This document shows positions 1 through 10,354 of a stretch of 64,000 nucleotides of DNA, piece after piece. This DNA is from Heteronotia binoei (Eukaryota), in contig NC_083229.1 of assembly GCF_032191835.1 (NCBI RefSeq), positions 106,020,001 through 106,084,000 of the forward strand. The letters run 5' to 3'. The notes under the pieces are model-generated. The model saw nothing but the letters and a program-made list of their open reading frames with translations, made no database searches and had not been told where the DNA came from. The position numbers and the translations under genes are program-made. Each line of letters opens with the position of its first letter. Within the stretch, counting starts at the first letter, position 1.

Positions 1-1206
1 CCCCATGCAAATAACTATAAAACTATTTTCACCTGATGCCTGAAAGACTTAAATGCCAGGTGAATCTTTTGACAGAGGGCATTCTACCATGAAAAAGTCC
101 TGTCTCTGGTTGCTGTCTGTCTACCTTCAGAAGACAGGTGTACAGTGATCCTTTGAGTCAATTAAGTTCCAGGCTATTTAAAGCTTTTAAAGTTAAGGAC
201 CAGAATTTTCAACTGTGGCAGAAGCAAACTAGCAGTCAGCGTTTTTCATTTGCAAGATGTGTTTGCTAGACTGTGGCTCATGCCACTCAGTAGTCTGACG
301 GCCACATCTTGAGTTATAGTGTGGGAAGCCACTGCTATATCAAGGCTTGGCCATGCCTTGTTAAGGAAATTCCATTTATTGCTCTTTGCCACTGCATTTG
401 TGCCTGTGCAGTTGGGAAACTTAACATTCATCCAGGGTTGTGTTTTGGTCATTAAAATGACCTACTTTGCACCTGTACAGTACAGTCTCAATATAATTAT
501 TTTCCTTTTTACAGTATACCTTTTAATTGGAGGCAGAGGTGACATGGGGGTGGGGGCGTGCGGTGAGAGAGCAGCATTTGTTGCGTATTTTCATCTTGTA
601 TGGAATTTTGATCTACCATATTTACTGGAAAGGAAGATAACGCTGAATGTAAGATGCCCCCTAAAAATTGTATGCACACTCAAGAAAATGTATTACTGGA
701 CATCACTGTAACTTGTATGTGGAGATAAGAGAACCACCTCTCTTTTTTTATCAGATACTTGGAAAAAATCTTAGTCTTGTGTTTCAGTAAATACTATAGT
801 TGATGGACAGTTATATTATTAATTTGCTTTCTTAGCTGCCTTAAATCTAAGGATATAGAACGACGTATTAATATTATAAATAAATACAAATAAAATTTAA
901 TCACACATTCAGATTCAGAATCTTTCAATACGAACAGTTTGACAAACATTTAGCTCCTATAATTTCTGCACATCAGGAGGATGCAAACTGAACTGACAGG
1001 TTTCTCATTGAATTTATTTAGGTATGAAAAGATTAGGGCAGCTTTTTGGTCCCCCCTTTAAACCAAGTCAGCCTTATGAGTGCCCACCCCACCCCACCCC
1101 ACCAGCAGCTATCCCTTCACTGAGCAAGAGCAGAAACCTTACCCATAACTGTATACTCAACCCATAATCCATTGCTGGCAAATTAGGATTTGTGCACTGG
1201 GACATG

Positions 1207-1280
1207 AGTTGTTGTTCAGTTGCACAGTCAAATCCGACTCTTTGCAACCCCGTGGACCAAGTCATGCCAGGCCCTCCTGC
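1207..1280 (-). mobile_element. BovB (RTE LINE) 3' tail
   Basis: Reverse complement GGAGGGCCTGGCATGACTTGGTCCACGGGGTTGCAAAGAGTCGGATTTGACTGTGCAACTGAACAAC matches the BovB 3' end. Separated from the BovB body by a SINE and a gap. Confidence 0.8.
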
Positions 1281-1283
1281 CTG

Positions 1284-1548
1284 AGCCAGTTTGGTGTAGT
1301 GGTTAAGTGTGCGGACTCTTATCTGGGAGAACCGGGTTTGATTCCCCACTCTTCCACTTGCACCTGCTGAAATAGCCTTGGGTCAGCCATAGCTCTGGCA
1401 GAGGTTGTCCTTGAAAGGGCAGCTGCTGTGAGAGTCCTCTCAGCCCCACCCACCTCACAGGGTGTCTGTTGTGGGAGAGGAAGATAAAGGAGATTGTGAG
1501 CTGCTCTGAGATTGGAAGTGGAGGGTGGGATATAAATCCAAATTTCAT
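1284..1548 (+). mobile_element. Squam3-like tRNA-derived SINE (CORE-like centre, L2-like tail)
   Basis: Head CCAGTTTGGTGTAGTGGTTAAG...GGGTTTGATTCCCC (A/B boxes), CORE-like CACCTCACAGGGTGTCTGTTGTG, tail GGGTGGGATATAAAT. Near-identical copies at 3256, 16473 and 48859. Confidence 0.8.
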
Positions 1549-1549
1549 C

Positions 1550-1801
1550 NNNNNNNNNNNNNNNNNNNNNNNNNNNNNNNNNNNNNNNNNNNNNNNNNNN
1601 NNNNNNNNNNNNNNNNNNNNNNNNNNNNNNNNNNNNNNNNNNNNNNNNNNNNNNNNNNNNNNNNNNNNNNNNNNNNNNNNNNNNNNNNNNNNNNNNNNNN
1701 NNNNNNNNNNNNNNNNNNNNNNNNNNNNNNNNNNNNNNNNNNNNNNNNNNNNNNNNNNNNNNNNNNNNNNNNNNNNNNNNNNNNNNNNNNNNNNNNNNNN
1801 N
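1550..1801. other. Assembly gap (N run)
   Basis: Run of n characters. Confidence 1.
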
Positions 1802-2500
1802 TCTGCTCAAATTCATGTTAGTTAAATCAGTAACATTGTCCAGGCATCTCATCTTTTGCCATCCCCTTCTTCTTTTGCCTTCTGTTTTTCCCAGCATTTT
1901 CTCCAGTGAGTGTTCCCTTCTCCAGTGAGTGTTCCCTTCTCATTTGATGGCCAAAGCTTCAGCTTCAGCATCTGACCTTCCAGGGAACAGTCCCTTAGGA
2001 CGGTTGATTTCCCTTAGGACTGACTGATTTGATCTTCTTGCAGTCCAAGGGACTCTCAGGAGTCTTCTCCAGCACCACAGCTCAAAAGCATCTATTCTTC
2101 TGTGCTTGGCCTTCCATATGGTCCAATTCTCACAGCCATACATTACTACTGGGAATACCATTGCTTTGACTATACAGACTTTTGTTGGCAGGGTGATATC
2201 TTTACTTTTTATTATATTGCCTAGGTTTGCCATAGCTGTCCTTCCAAAGAGCAAACGTCTTTTAATTTCATGGCTACAGTCACCATCTGCAGTGATCTTG
2301 GATCCCAGGAATGTGAAGTCTGTCATGCCTTCCATGTCTTCCCCTTCTACTTGCCAAGGAGTGATGGGGGTGGATGCTATTATCTTAGTTTTTTTTTAAT
2401 GTTGAGTTTCAAGCCTACTTTTGTGTTCTCCTCTTTCACCCTCAAGAAGAGGTTCTTTAAGTCCTCTTCACTTCCTGCCACTAGAGTGGTGTCATCTACA
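1802..2500 (-). mobile_element. BovB (RTE LINE) RT C-terminal fragment, 5'-truncated
   Basis: ORF 1940-2335 FLGSKITADGDCSHEIKRRLL...KAMVFPVVMYGCENWTI...DAFELWCWRRLLRVPWTARRSNQS is the BovB RT C-terminus. Confidence 0.93.
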
Positions 2501-2985
2501 TATCTGAGGGACATGAATTAGACCACAGCATCTCACACTGACTTCTAAAGTGTGGAAGAGGCAGAAGGAAGAGCAGTGGCTGTGGCAAGCAGCTCTGCAT
2601 GCTCTCTGGTTTTCTACAGCTTCCTTGATTAGTGTAGCTGTTTTGGTAGCATCATGTTTTTGCTGTTGGGAGGAAAGTGTTTTTGGCAGTCTCTGCTGCA
2701 GAATCTGCTCCCTCACTGAAACTCTGCACCATTCTCCCAAGAGTTTCATGGCTTCCCACTGAATTAGAGTAATGGGCTTGACAAATTCCCCTTTAGTTCT
2801 CTTTGCACTATTTCTCTGTCCTTTGGGACTGAATATTGCACAGAACTCACTTAGCTTTTGTGGACTGGACTGCAATGTTACATGATTGACCTATGTGGAA
2901 TAATCAACACGGACTGCAGGACCTTAGTTCCTATTGCTGTATGTCACCTACAGGTATAATGTTTTTAGGGAAAGCAGTCCGTAAG

Positions 2986-3147
2986 CAGGGCTGGCCTTGC
3001 CACTAGGCAAACTAGGTGATTGCCTAGGGCACTGGCCTTCTGTGGGGTGCTGAATTGGGTGCTCTGCATGTGACTTGGTGACATTATCAGTGCAGAGGGT
3101 GTGTGTGCCAGAAGTTAGCCTTGCCTAGGGTGCCAGAGCCAGCCCTT
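2986..3147. mobile_element. Non-autonomous hAT MITE (CAGGGC-type TIR)
   Basis: Ends CAGGGCTGGC / GCCAGCCCTT. 8-bp TSD TCCGTAAG (2978-2985) / TCTGTAAG (3148-3155). Confidence 0.75.
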
Positions 3148-3255
3148 TCTGTAAGTGCATGTTATCAAGCAATAAGTCACTGATCGGGAAAAGATGGTGG
3201 TGAGCATGCATCTGTAAATTAGCCCTAAAATGCTGGTGAGTGAAACCATACTGTA

Positions 3256-3533
3256 CAGTTTGGTGTAGTGGTTAAGTGTGCGGACTCTTATCTGGGAGAA
3301 CCGGGTTTGATTCCCCACTCCTCCACTTGCACCTGCTGGAATGGCCTTGAGTCAGCCATAGCTCTGACAGAGGTTGTCCTTGAAAGGGCAGCTGCTGTGA
3401 GAACCCTCTCAGCCCCACCTACCTCACAGGGTGTCTGTTGTGGGGGAGGAAGATAAAAGAGATTGTGAGCTGCTCTGAGACTCTGATTCAGAGAGAAGGG
3501 CAGGGTATAAATCTGCAGTCGTCTTCTTCTTCT
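3256..3533 (+). mobile_element. Squam3-like SINE
   Basis: Same head, CORE and tail as 1284-1548; ends in a (TCT)n-like tail. Confidence 0.8.
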
Positions 3534-3554
3534 GAGGATGCTGGTCACATAAGA

Positions 3555-3765
3555 TGGCCTGGAGTTGCCCTTGATTAGATCCAAGTTGGGAAACTCCTGA
3601 AGATTTGAGGGTGATGTCTGGAAAGGACGGGGACCTCAGTGTGGCACAATGCCATCGAGTCCACCCTCCAAATAATTCATTTTTTCCTGGGAAACTGATC
3701 TCTGTAGTGTGGAGATGAGCTATAATTCTAGGGGATCCCAGGTCCTGGAGGCTGGCATCCTTAAT
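3555..3765. mobile_element. TAGGGTTGCCA-family non-autonomous DNA transposon (hAT-like), degenerate
   Basis: Internal motif GACCTCAGTG..AATGCCATCGAGTCCACCCTCCAAA...GAAACTGATCTCTGTAG..TGGAGATGAGC, shared with copies at about 28250, 31070, 36460, 39800 and 61630. Confidence 0.65.
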
Positions 3766-4463
3766 TGGAGGAGAGTCCCTATTGCAGTTGGTCCAGGACG
3801 TTTGGTCCAGGAACAAAACTAGTCATGGGCTTTCAAGAGTTACACATCAGCAATGAAACAAAAGGCTTTATTAAGACTCAAATAGGCGGCTAACTGTAGT
3901 TCCACATCCTAGGTTGGCAGGGACTCTATTATAACAGAAATCGCTAAACTGGCATACAGTCAGAGTGAAGGAAAACTGGAAGACAAAGAAACGGAAGCAA
4001 GCTCTTAACCTGGCCTCCTTAACAACCCGGTTTACAGTGTAACCCTTTTTTGTCCAGGCGTCAGTCAAGGAATGCTGTTTGTGCTCAGTGGGTGAATGTT
4101 AAATTTATGAAACATTTGATTAGTAGTGAACACCTACTGTTCCATCATGAAGTTTCCATTATGGGGAAGGGTCATTTAAGAGAAACCAAAGCCCTTGAGC
4201 TGAGAAGGATTTCCATGTTTTTTACAAAGGCCAACTGCAGCTGAGCTAGCACTCACAGCTGTCATTTCATTAAACCTATGGATGTGTCCCTGATGTGAAC
4301 ATTTGATAGCACTTGATATTGTGGTTCATATTTTGTGAGTGTGTGTGTGTGACTGCATCACTCATTAAGTACAGTTGTACAAAGTATGAGCGAAACTAGG
4401 TTCCTGTTTTGTTTTTCTGTCAAGTCACAGCTGACTTATGGTGAGGGAAAGAGACTATGAAGC

Positions 4464-5163
4464 TGTGATCATACATGCTAAATAACAGCTTCAATCCACT
4501 TTCAGTGCACTTTCCAACTGGATTTTCCTGTGTGAACTGTAACGCTGGCTCGTGGGCAAATAGCGCCCTAGGCAGGTGCCCCCCACCAGTGCCCCCACGG
4601 GCGCACTCTACTTGCCCCCCGCTGTGCTCCACTCGCCCCCTGTGGTAGCTGCCAGCCTCCTCCAGCCTGCTGCCATGCTCTGCTCTCCTGCCGTGCTCCT
4701 CTCACTCCCCCGCCACCAGCCTCCTCTGACCACCAGCCTCCTCTGACCACCACCGCGCTCTGCTCACTCGCCCCCTCTGCTCACCATGACTAAAACAGCC
4801 CTACAGGCTTCTTGCAGCCCACGCCTGCACGTTTAACCAAATGCACAGGCTGCTAGAAGCCAGTGTGGCTGTAGTCATGGCGAGCGGGGGCACGGAAGGT
4901 GGTGGCGGACGAGTGGAGGGCAGTGGTGGGCCGGAGGAGGCTGGCGGCAACTGCAGCAGCAGCAGGGTGGGGAGTGGGAGGCAAACTAGACAGTTACCTT
5001 GGGCACCGGAGGGGGGGAGCCCAATTGAGTACCCCTGCCTCTCGGCGCCCTAGGCAACCACCTAGTTTGCCTAGTGGGCGAGTTGGCCCTGGTGAACTGG
5101 CAAAATCCAGTTTGAAAGTGCATTGAGATTGGATTGAAATTATTTAGCACGTGTGATTGCAGC
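4464..5163. mobile_element. Palindromic MITE split by a hAT insertion
   Basis: Left arm CTGTGATCATACATGCTAAATAA..TTCAATCCACTTTCAGTGCACTTTCCAACTGGATTTT is the inverted complement of right arm AAAATCCAGTTTGAAAGTGCATTGAGATTGGATTGAAATTATTTAGCACGTGTGATTGCAG. Confidence 0.7.
4540..5091 (-). mobile_element. GC-rich non-autonomous hAT element (Tip100-like TIR)
   Basis: 8-bp TSD GTGAACTG at 4532-4539 and 5092-5099. End GAGTTGGCCCTG. Same family as 25146-25922. Confidence 0.8.
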
Positions 5164-5264
5164 CTGATAGTGTTTTTTAAATCTTTGTTGGATTCCTCTT
5201 TTCTCATAATTTCTTATTTTGAAGTTTTCCCTTCCCTTCTTTTTTATGGGACTGCATTTGGTTT

Positions 5265-5728
5265 GATGGATCATGAAGTCTGCAGGGCTGACCTCTGAGG
5301 GAGAGATTCAAAAGCCCAAAGGTTTAACATTTAGTGAACTAAGAATGTTAGATACTAGAGAATCATAGGCTATTATTAGCACTGAAGAATTCGTTGCAGT
5401 GGTTAAAACCCTTCTAAGATTCAAAAGGGAATGAGAATTTAAAAGTAACTGAGCTGCTTGTTTAGTCTGACTATTCCAGCAGATTTTTGGTAAGGACATA
5501 GACTCCAACAAGTGTATAGAGGGATTAAAGGAAGAGTCTGGGGAAGACTCTGTATGAAGGGTCAAGATAAGTGGAAGGTGATCACTAATAATGAGATCAC
5601 CTATACAGAAATCTTTTATGTAAAATTCTTGTGAGAAAGGGACAGTAATATAATCAATTATACTGCAACCTTTCTTAGAAATGAATGTCAAATCTCCCGA
5701 ATGAGAAAATCTTTCCAAACCATTTAAC
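5265..5728 (-). mobile_element. RTEX-like LINE, APE endonuclease C-terminal part
   Basis: WLNGLERFSHSGDLTFISKKGCSIIDYI...ISDHLPL includes the APE IDY and SDH motifs. Continues 6669-7800 across the CR1 insertion. Confidence 0.8.
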
Positions 5729-6668
5729 CATAAGAACATAAGAACATAAGAGAAGCCATGTTGGATCAGGCCAACGGCCCATCAAGTCCAACACTCTGTG
5801 TCACACAGTGGCAAATTTTTTTTTATATACACACATACACTGTGGCTAATAGCCACTGATGGACCTGTGCTCTATATTTTTATCTAAACCCCTCTTGAAG
5901 GTGGCTATACTTGTGGCCGTCACCACCTCCTGTGGCAGTGAATTCCACATGTTAATCACCCTTTGGGTGAAGAAGTACTTCCTTTTATCTGTTTTAACCT
6001 TTCTGCTCAGCAATTTCATCGAATGCCCACGAGTTCTTGTATTGTGAGAAAGGGAGAAAAGTACTTCTTTCTCTACTTTCTCCATCCCATGCATTATCTT
6101 GTAAACCTCTATCATGTCACCCCGCAGTCGACGTTTCTCCAAGCTAAAGAGTCCCAAGCGTTTCAACCTTTCTTCATAGGGAAAGTGCTCCAGCCCTTTA
6201 ATCATTCTAGTTGCCCTTCTCTGGACTTTCTCCAATGCTATAATATCCTTTTTGAGGTGCGGCGACCAGAACTGCACACAGTACTCCAAATGAGACCGCA
6301 CCATCGATTTATACAGGGGCATTATGATACTGGCTGATTTGTTTTCAATCCCCTTCCTAATAATTCCCAGCATGGCGTTGGCCTTTTTTATTGCAGACGC
6401 ACACTGTCTTGACATTTTCAGTGAGTTATCTACCACGACCCCAAGATCTCTCTCCTGGTCAGTCTCTGCCAGTTCACACCCCATCAACTTGTATTTGTAG
6501 CTGGGATTCTTGGCCCCAATGTGCATTACTTTGCACTTGGCCACATTGAACCGCATCTGCCACGTTGACGCCCACTCACCCAGCCTCAACAGATCCCTTT
6601 GGAGTTCCTCACAATCCTCTCTGGTTCTCACCACCCTGAACAATTTAGTGTCATCCGCAAACTTGGCC
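5729..6668 (-). mobile_element. CR1 LINE 3' fragment, inserted in the RTEX-like element
   Basis: 274-aa ORF KFADDTKLFR...WQMRFNVAKCKVMHIG...LEYCVQFWSPHLKKDI...LEKRRLRGDMIEVYKI; 3' UTR with (TTCTTATG)n-type tail. Confidence 0.95.
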
Positions 6669-7800
6669 ACTCACTTGGCCACACAAACCCTATTGTGTTG
6701 GATACAAAATTTGGCAAAGCAAATGTCTGCCAAATTTGAATAGCTATCTTTAGATTGCCTCCTATAGGGGAAAAAAAAGGTGGTAAGGTATCATCTAGAT
6801 TGAGGTTAAGGGCCTTAGAAAAGATTTTGTCATCATTGCCCACTCTTAAAATCTCCTGCTATTATTATTTCAAAAGAGGGAAATTTGGTTTCCAATTCAC
6901 TCACAATTACATTCAAACGTTCCCAATGATATAAAAGGGCCGATTTATCTAGGGCAGGAGGGATATATATGTTTACCAAAATCATAGAAAGATTCCCATA
7001 AACAAGCTTGATAGCTTGTTCCATAACACTTCCAACCTGTAGGGGGATGCCTACAGAATTATGAAGAAGAGACACAAATATAGACAACCCCATTTGAAAA
7101 CGGCCTCTTGAGTTGGTTCTAAAGGCTGGAAGCGAATAGGACTTATAACCTTCAAGATGAATTGGACTTTGGGACCAAGTCTCTTGGAGTAAGATGACAT
7201 CAAAGTTCTTAAGGTAACTAATAAATTCAGCATCTTTGGATTTATTCCACCAACCAGCCACGTTCCACGAGATGAACTTAATGTCCGATAATGGAGAAGT
7301 ATTTGGAATTGAAGACAATGAAGGGGATCTCAGTCAATCATGGGAAAATTGGTTTGGCAAGCAGGAAGAATCAAAAGTCATACCTTCATTTTCGAGGCCC
7401 CTAGAAATATTTTTGCTAAGTTCACAAAGGCTTGGCCAGATGAAATTATCCTTAGGATTGATGGAATTGTCCATAGACATGTTGGGCGCTGGATGGATTT
7501 CAGCAACGACCAGCCTTTCCGAAGGCCGCCTGAGTTCAGGTTGGGGGTAAGTGGTTAGTGAAATCTCAGATGGGAAAGTAGATACTGTATTATCCGCATT
7601 CGAGTTTGTTAAAGGAGGGCAAATGGAAATTGAAGAGTGAGGAGGATCTTGTTGATCTAGGTCAATTCATAACCTAAAACCAATTATATTCTATTTAGAC
7701 AGAGAAGTTTTGTAATCACTTCTTATTTATGATTGGAGAGTAAGATAAGTTGTCCTTGGATGGCATTTATTGTGGCAGTAGGAATAGCTTATTAATCCTT
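6669..7800 (-). mobile_element. RTEX-like LINE 5' part, APE N-terminus
   Basis: KFISWNVAGW...DVILLQETW...ILVNIYIPP...IIIAGDF are canonical APE motifs; frameshifted. Confidence 0.82.
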
Positions 7801-7872
7801 TAAAAATTACTTATAAGTGAAGATTCAAGGGAAAGAAAGAATGGCTAGACATTGTTTGATGGCTCATGACCT

Positions 7873-7875
<3 letters not shown>

Positions 7876-7952
<77 letters not shown>

Positions 7953-7965
7953 AATATATATATAT
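7876..7965. repeat. (TA)n microsatellite
   Basis: Long TA run with one interruption. Confidence 0.98.
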
Positions 7966-8048
7966 TTGGCCGCTGTGTGACACAGAATGTTGGACTGGAT
8001 GGGCCATTGGCCTGATCTAACATGGCTTCTCTTATGTTCTTATGTTCT
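7966..8048 (+). mobile_element. CR1 3' UTR/tail fragment
   Basis: GCCGCTGTGTGACACAGAATGTTGGACTGGATGGGCC...CATGGCTTCTCTTATGTTCTTATGTTCT, the inverted match of 5731-5812. Confidence 0.88.
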
Positions 8049-8383
8049 AGGATTTCACATTGTTTGATGACTTGACCTCAGGATTTCACATCCTGTGATG
8101 GACAAAAGTCAAAACAAAAACGTTTTAAAAGAAGTGTTAAGACGCTTTGCACACCAAGTGTGACATAGGTAACTATTGCAGATTTAAAATATTTTGTAGA
8201 AACTATTTTCTTGTGATGAGAACCAAGTGTCCCCAAATGCTGTCATTAAGACACACCTACAGGAATTTCCTTTCAAAAGCCAGTACAGCATCCAGTGTTT
8301 TTGAAGTAATTTCTTACTGCATTAATATTCGCTCATTATCTTCCAGATAAATACACTAATATTGTATTCTAAGAAGATGCCAT

Positions 8384-8600
8384 GCTCAGACCTGGATGGG
8401 CAAGGATAGCTTGATCTTGGCAGGTTTTGGAGCGAGGGCTGACCCTGGTTGATATTTGGATGGGGAACCAATAAGGAAGTCCCAGGTCACTACACACAGG
8501 CAGGCAATGGCAAGCCACCTCTGAAAGTCTCTTTCCTTGAAAACCCTATGGGGTCACCATAAATTGGCTGTGACTTGACAGCACTTTCCACCACCACCAA
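8384..8600 (+). mobile_element. 5S rRNA-derived SINE with RTE/BovB-like tail (5S-Sauria-like)
   Basis: Head aligns by eye to 5S (GATCTTGGCAGG..GGGCTGACCCTGGTTGATATTTGGATGGGGAACC); tail GGGGTCACCATAAATTGGCTGTGACTTGACAGCACTTTCCACCACCACCA. Confidence 0.72.
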
Positions 8601-8679
8601 GAAGAGGGCTTAACATACATCCTTCTGACAATTTTGTCCTCAAAACCCACCTCTGTAGAGCTTATCCATTATTTCTAAG

Positions 8680-8868
8680 CAGGGCTTTTTTGGTAGAAAA
8701 AGCCCAGCAGGAACTCAGTTGCATATTAGGCCAAACCCCCTGACATCACCACTGTTTTGCACAGGACTTTTTTGTAGAAGAAGCCTAGCAGGAACTGATT
8801 TGCATATTAGGCCACACCCCCTGACACCAAGCTGACTGGAACTACGTTCCAGCTAAAAGAAAGCCTTG
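8680..8868. mobile_element. hAT MITE, CAGGGCTTTTTT family
   Basis: 8-bp TSD TTTCTAAG at 8672-8679 and 8869-8876; internal direct repeat AGCAGGAAC..TTGCATATTAGGCC. Confidence 0.82.
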
Positions 8869-10354
8869 TTTCTAAGCACTTAGCGAAGTGCAGATTCTCA
8901 GACACTCTAAAAATGACTTTACATTTGCAAAAGGATTTGGGATTGATCCTGGGCTCAAATTGCCCTGCTCTGTGAAGTAAATTTTGTGGGCATGGTTCTG
9001 GCAAAGTTGAACACATATATCCACTTGCTTTGAATGGGAAGATAAGCATATGCTTACATTTCTCACATGGGAACCAAAAAGTGTTTGCTTTTAGCTGGAT
9101 CGCATCAAGTCAGTTACCTGGTGTTCATGTGCCACATATTTATTTATTTTTGGTTTTGACAAACACACCTAAAATTTCACAATAATGAAGCATGAAATAT
9201 GTGTCTTCGGTGCATGTGACACGTGTGTCCATCAGACAATCTGACTGGTAAATCCACAGGGTCAAATTCCACCAAACTTCAGATGTATCTCACATTGCTA
9301 AACTTACCTAGGAATTTGGTTGATGCTCTTTCCAATCCCCCCCCCCCCCTGTTCCCGCCAACTTTCTCTCGCATCCTCTTGGAACACTGTTTTCTCCAGT
9401 CCCCTATAGGAAGTCTAATTCTTTCTTCCATTCATGTTTAGAAGGAATTTCTTAATTCTTTTTTTTAAAAAGCAAGATTACTGCCATCCCTGTCTCTTTC
9501 CTTCTCGTTCTGCCTTTGCCAGAGAGAGAAAAAACAGAGCCTGCCCAGATGGTTGAGGACCAAAAAGAAGGAACATTTTCTCATGCTTTTAAAAAGAGCA
9601 CTTTCTTTCCTGCCTAATATTTAGCTCCTTCAAATGCAAATGGAGAGGTTTCACTCCAAGGTTAGCATAACAATTATGTGAAAGCTTTAAATCTGAAGCA
9701 TTTGTTTACAGGATGAAAGGAATCCACAGTCCAAAAGCTCTGAGGCCCGGCCTTTTCACCAGCTATTTTCTGACTAAGTAGTGAACGGCAAGTCAATTTT
9801 AGATCACAAAGAAAACTAATTTATATCGCAGAGTAAGCTAATTTTGAAGGAACTTCTACATAAGAAATGAGGGTTTCCCCCCTCCAATATCTGTTGGTAA
9901 AGTATTAATTTCTTTCTTTGTTTAAAAGAGAGAGAAAAGATTGCACTTTTATTTTTAATGAGTCTCCTGAATGTTTTTGAAGTTAGTGACCAGACGTTCA
10001 AGAAGATCTCTGCATCTGGAAGTAATACTGGAGTGTAAAGAACAAATCCAGAACAAGGAGCATTTCTATAAAGACCTTACAACACTCCCCCCCACCTTTC
10101 CACCCACCATTTTCTGCTCCACTTGTTACCACCCTCATTTTTATGTGAGAATCTTAATTAATTTTTAAAAATCCGTTTCAGTGAACACCACAATGGTGAA
10201 ATGTGCCATAATAAACCTTTTATGTGAGGTAGAGTAGAAATACACCATGGACAGGAAATTTCAAACTAGCAAATATCTGGCACTATGGTTTCCACTGCAA
10301 ATTATTGATTTCGTTCATTACAGTATTTTGCAGGTCAGAGTTTCCAATCAATCA

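Noticed and set aside
1284-1360. tRNA-like A/B boxes (also 3256, 16473, 26400, 45220, 48859)
   Set aside because: Heads of SINEs that run on into SINE bodies; no complete cloverleaf.
1319-1897. Long ORFs spanning N runs (also 47891-48871 and 48934-49403)
   Set aside because: Artefacts of gaps translated as X, flanked by SINE or low-complexity sequence.
7811-8023. ORFs with YIYIYI repeats
   Set aside because: Translation of the (TA)n microsatellite.
8400-8470. 5S rRNA-like sequence
   Set aside because: Partial, diverged and fused to a SINE tail, so not an rRNA gene.
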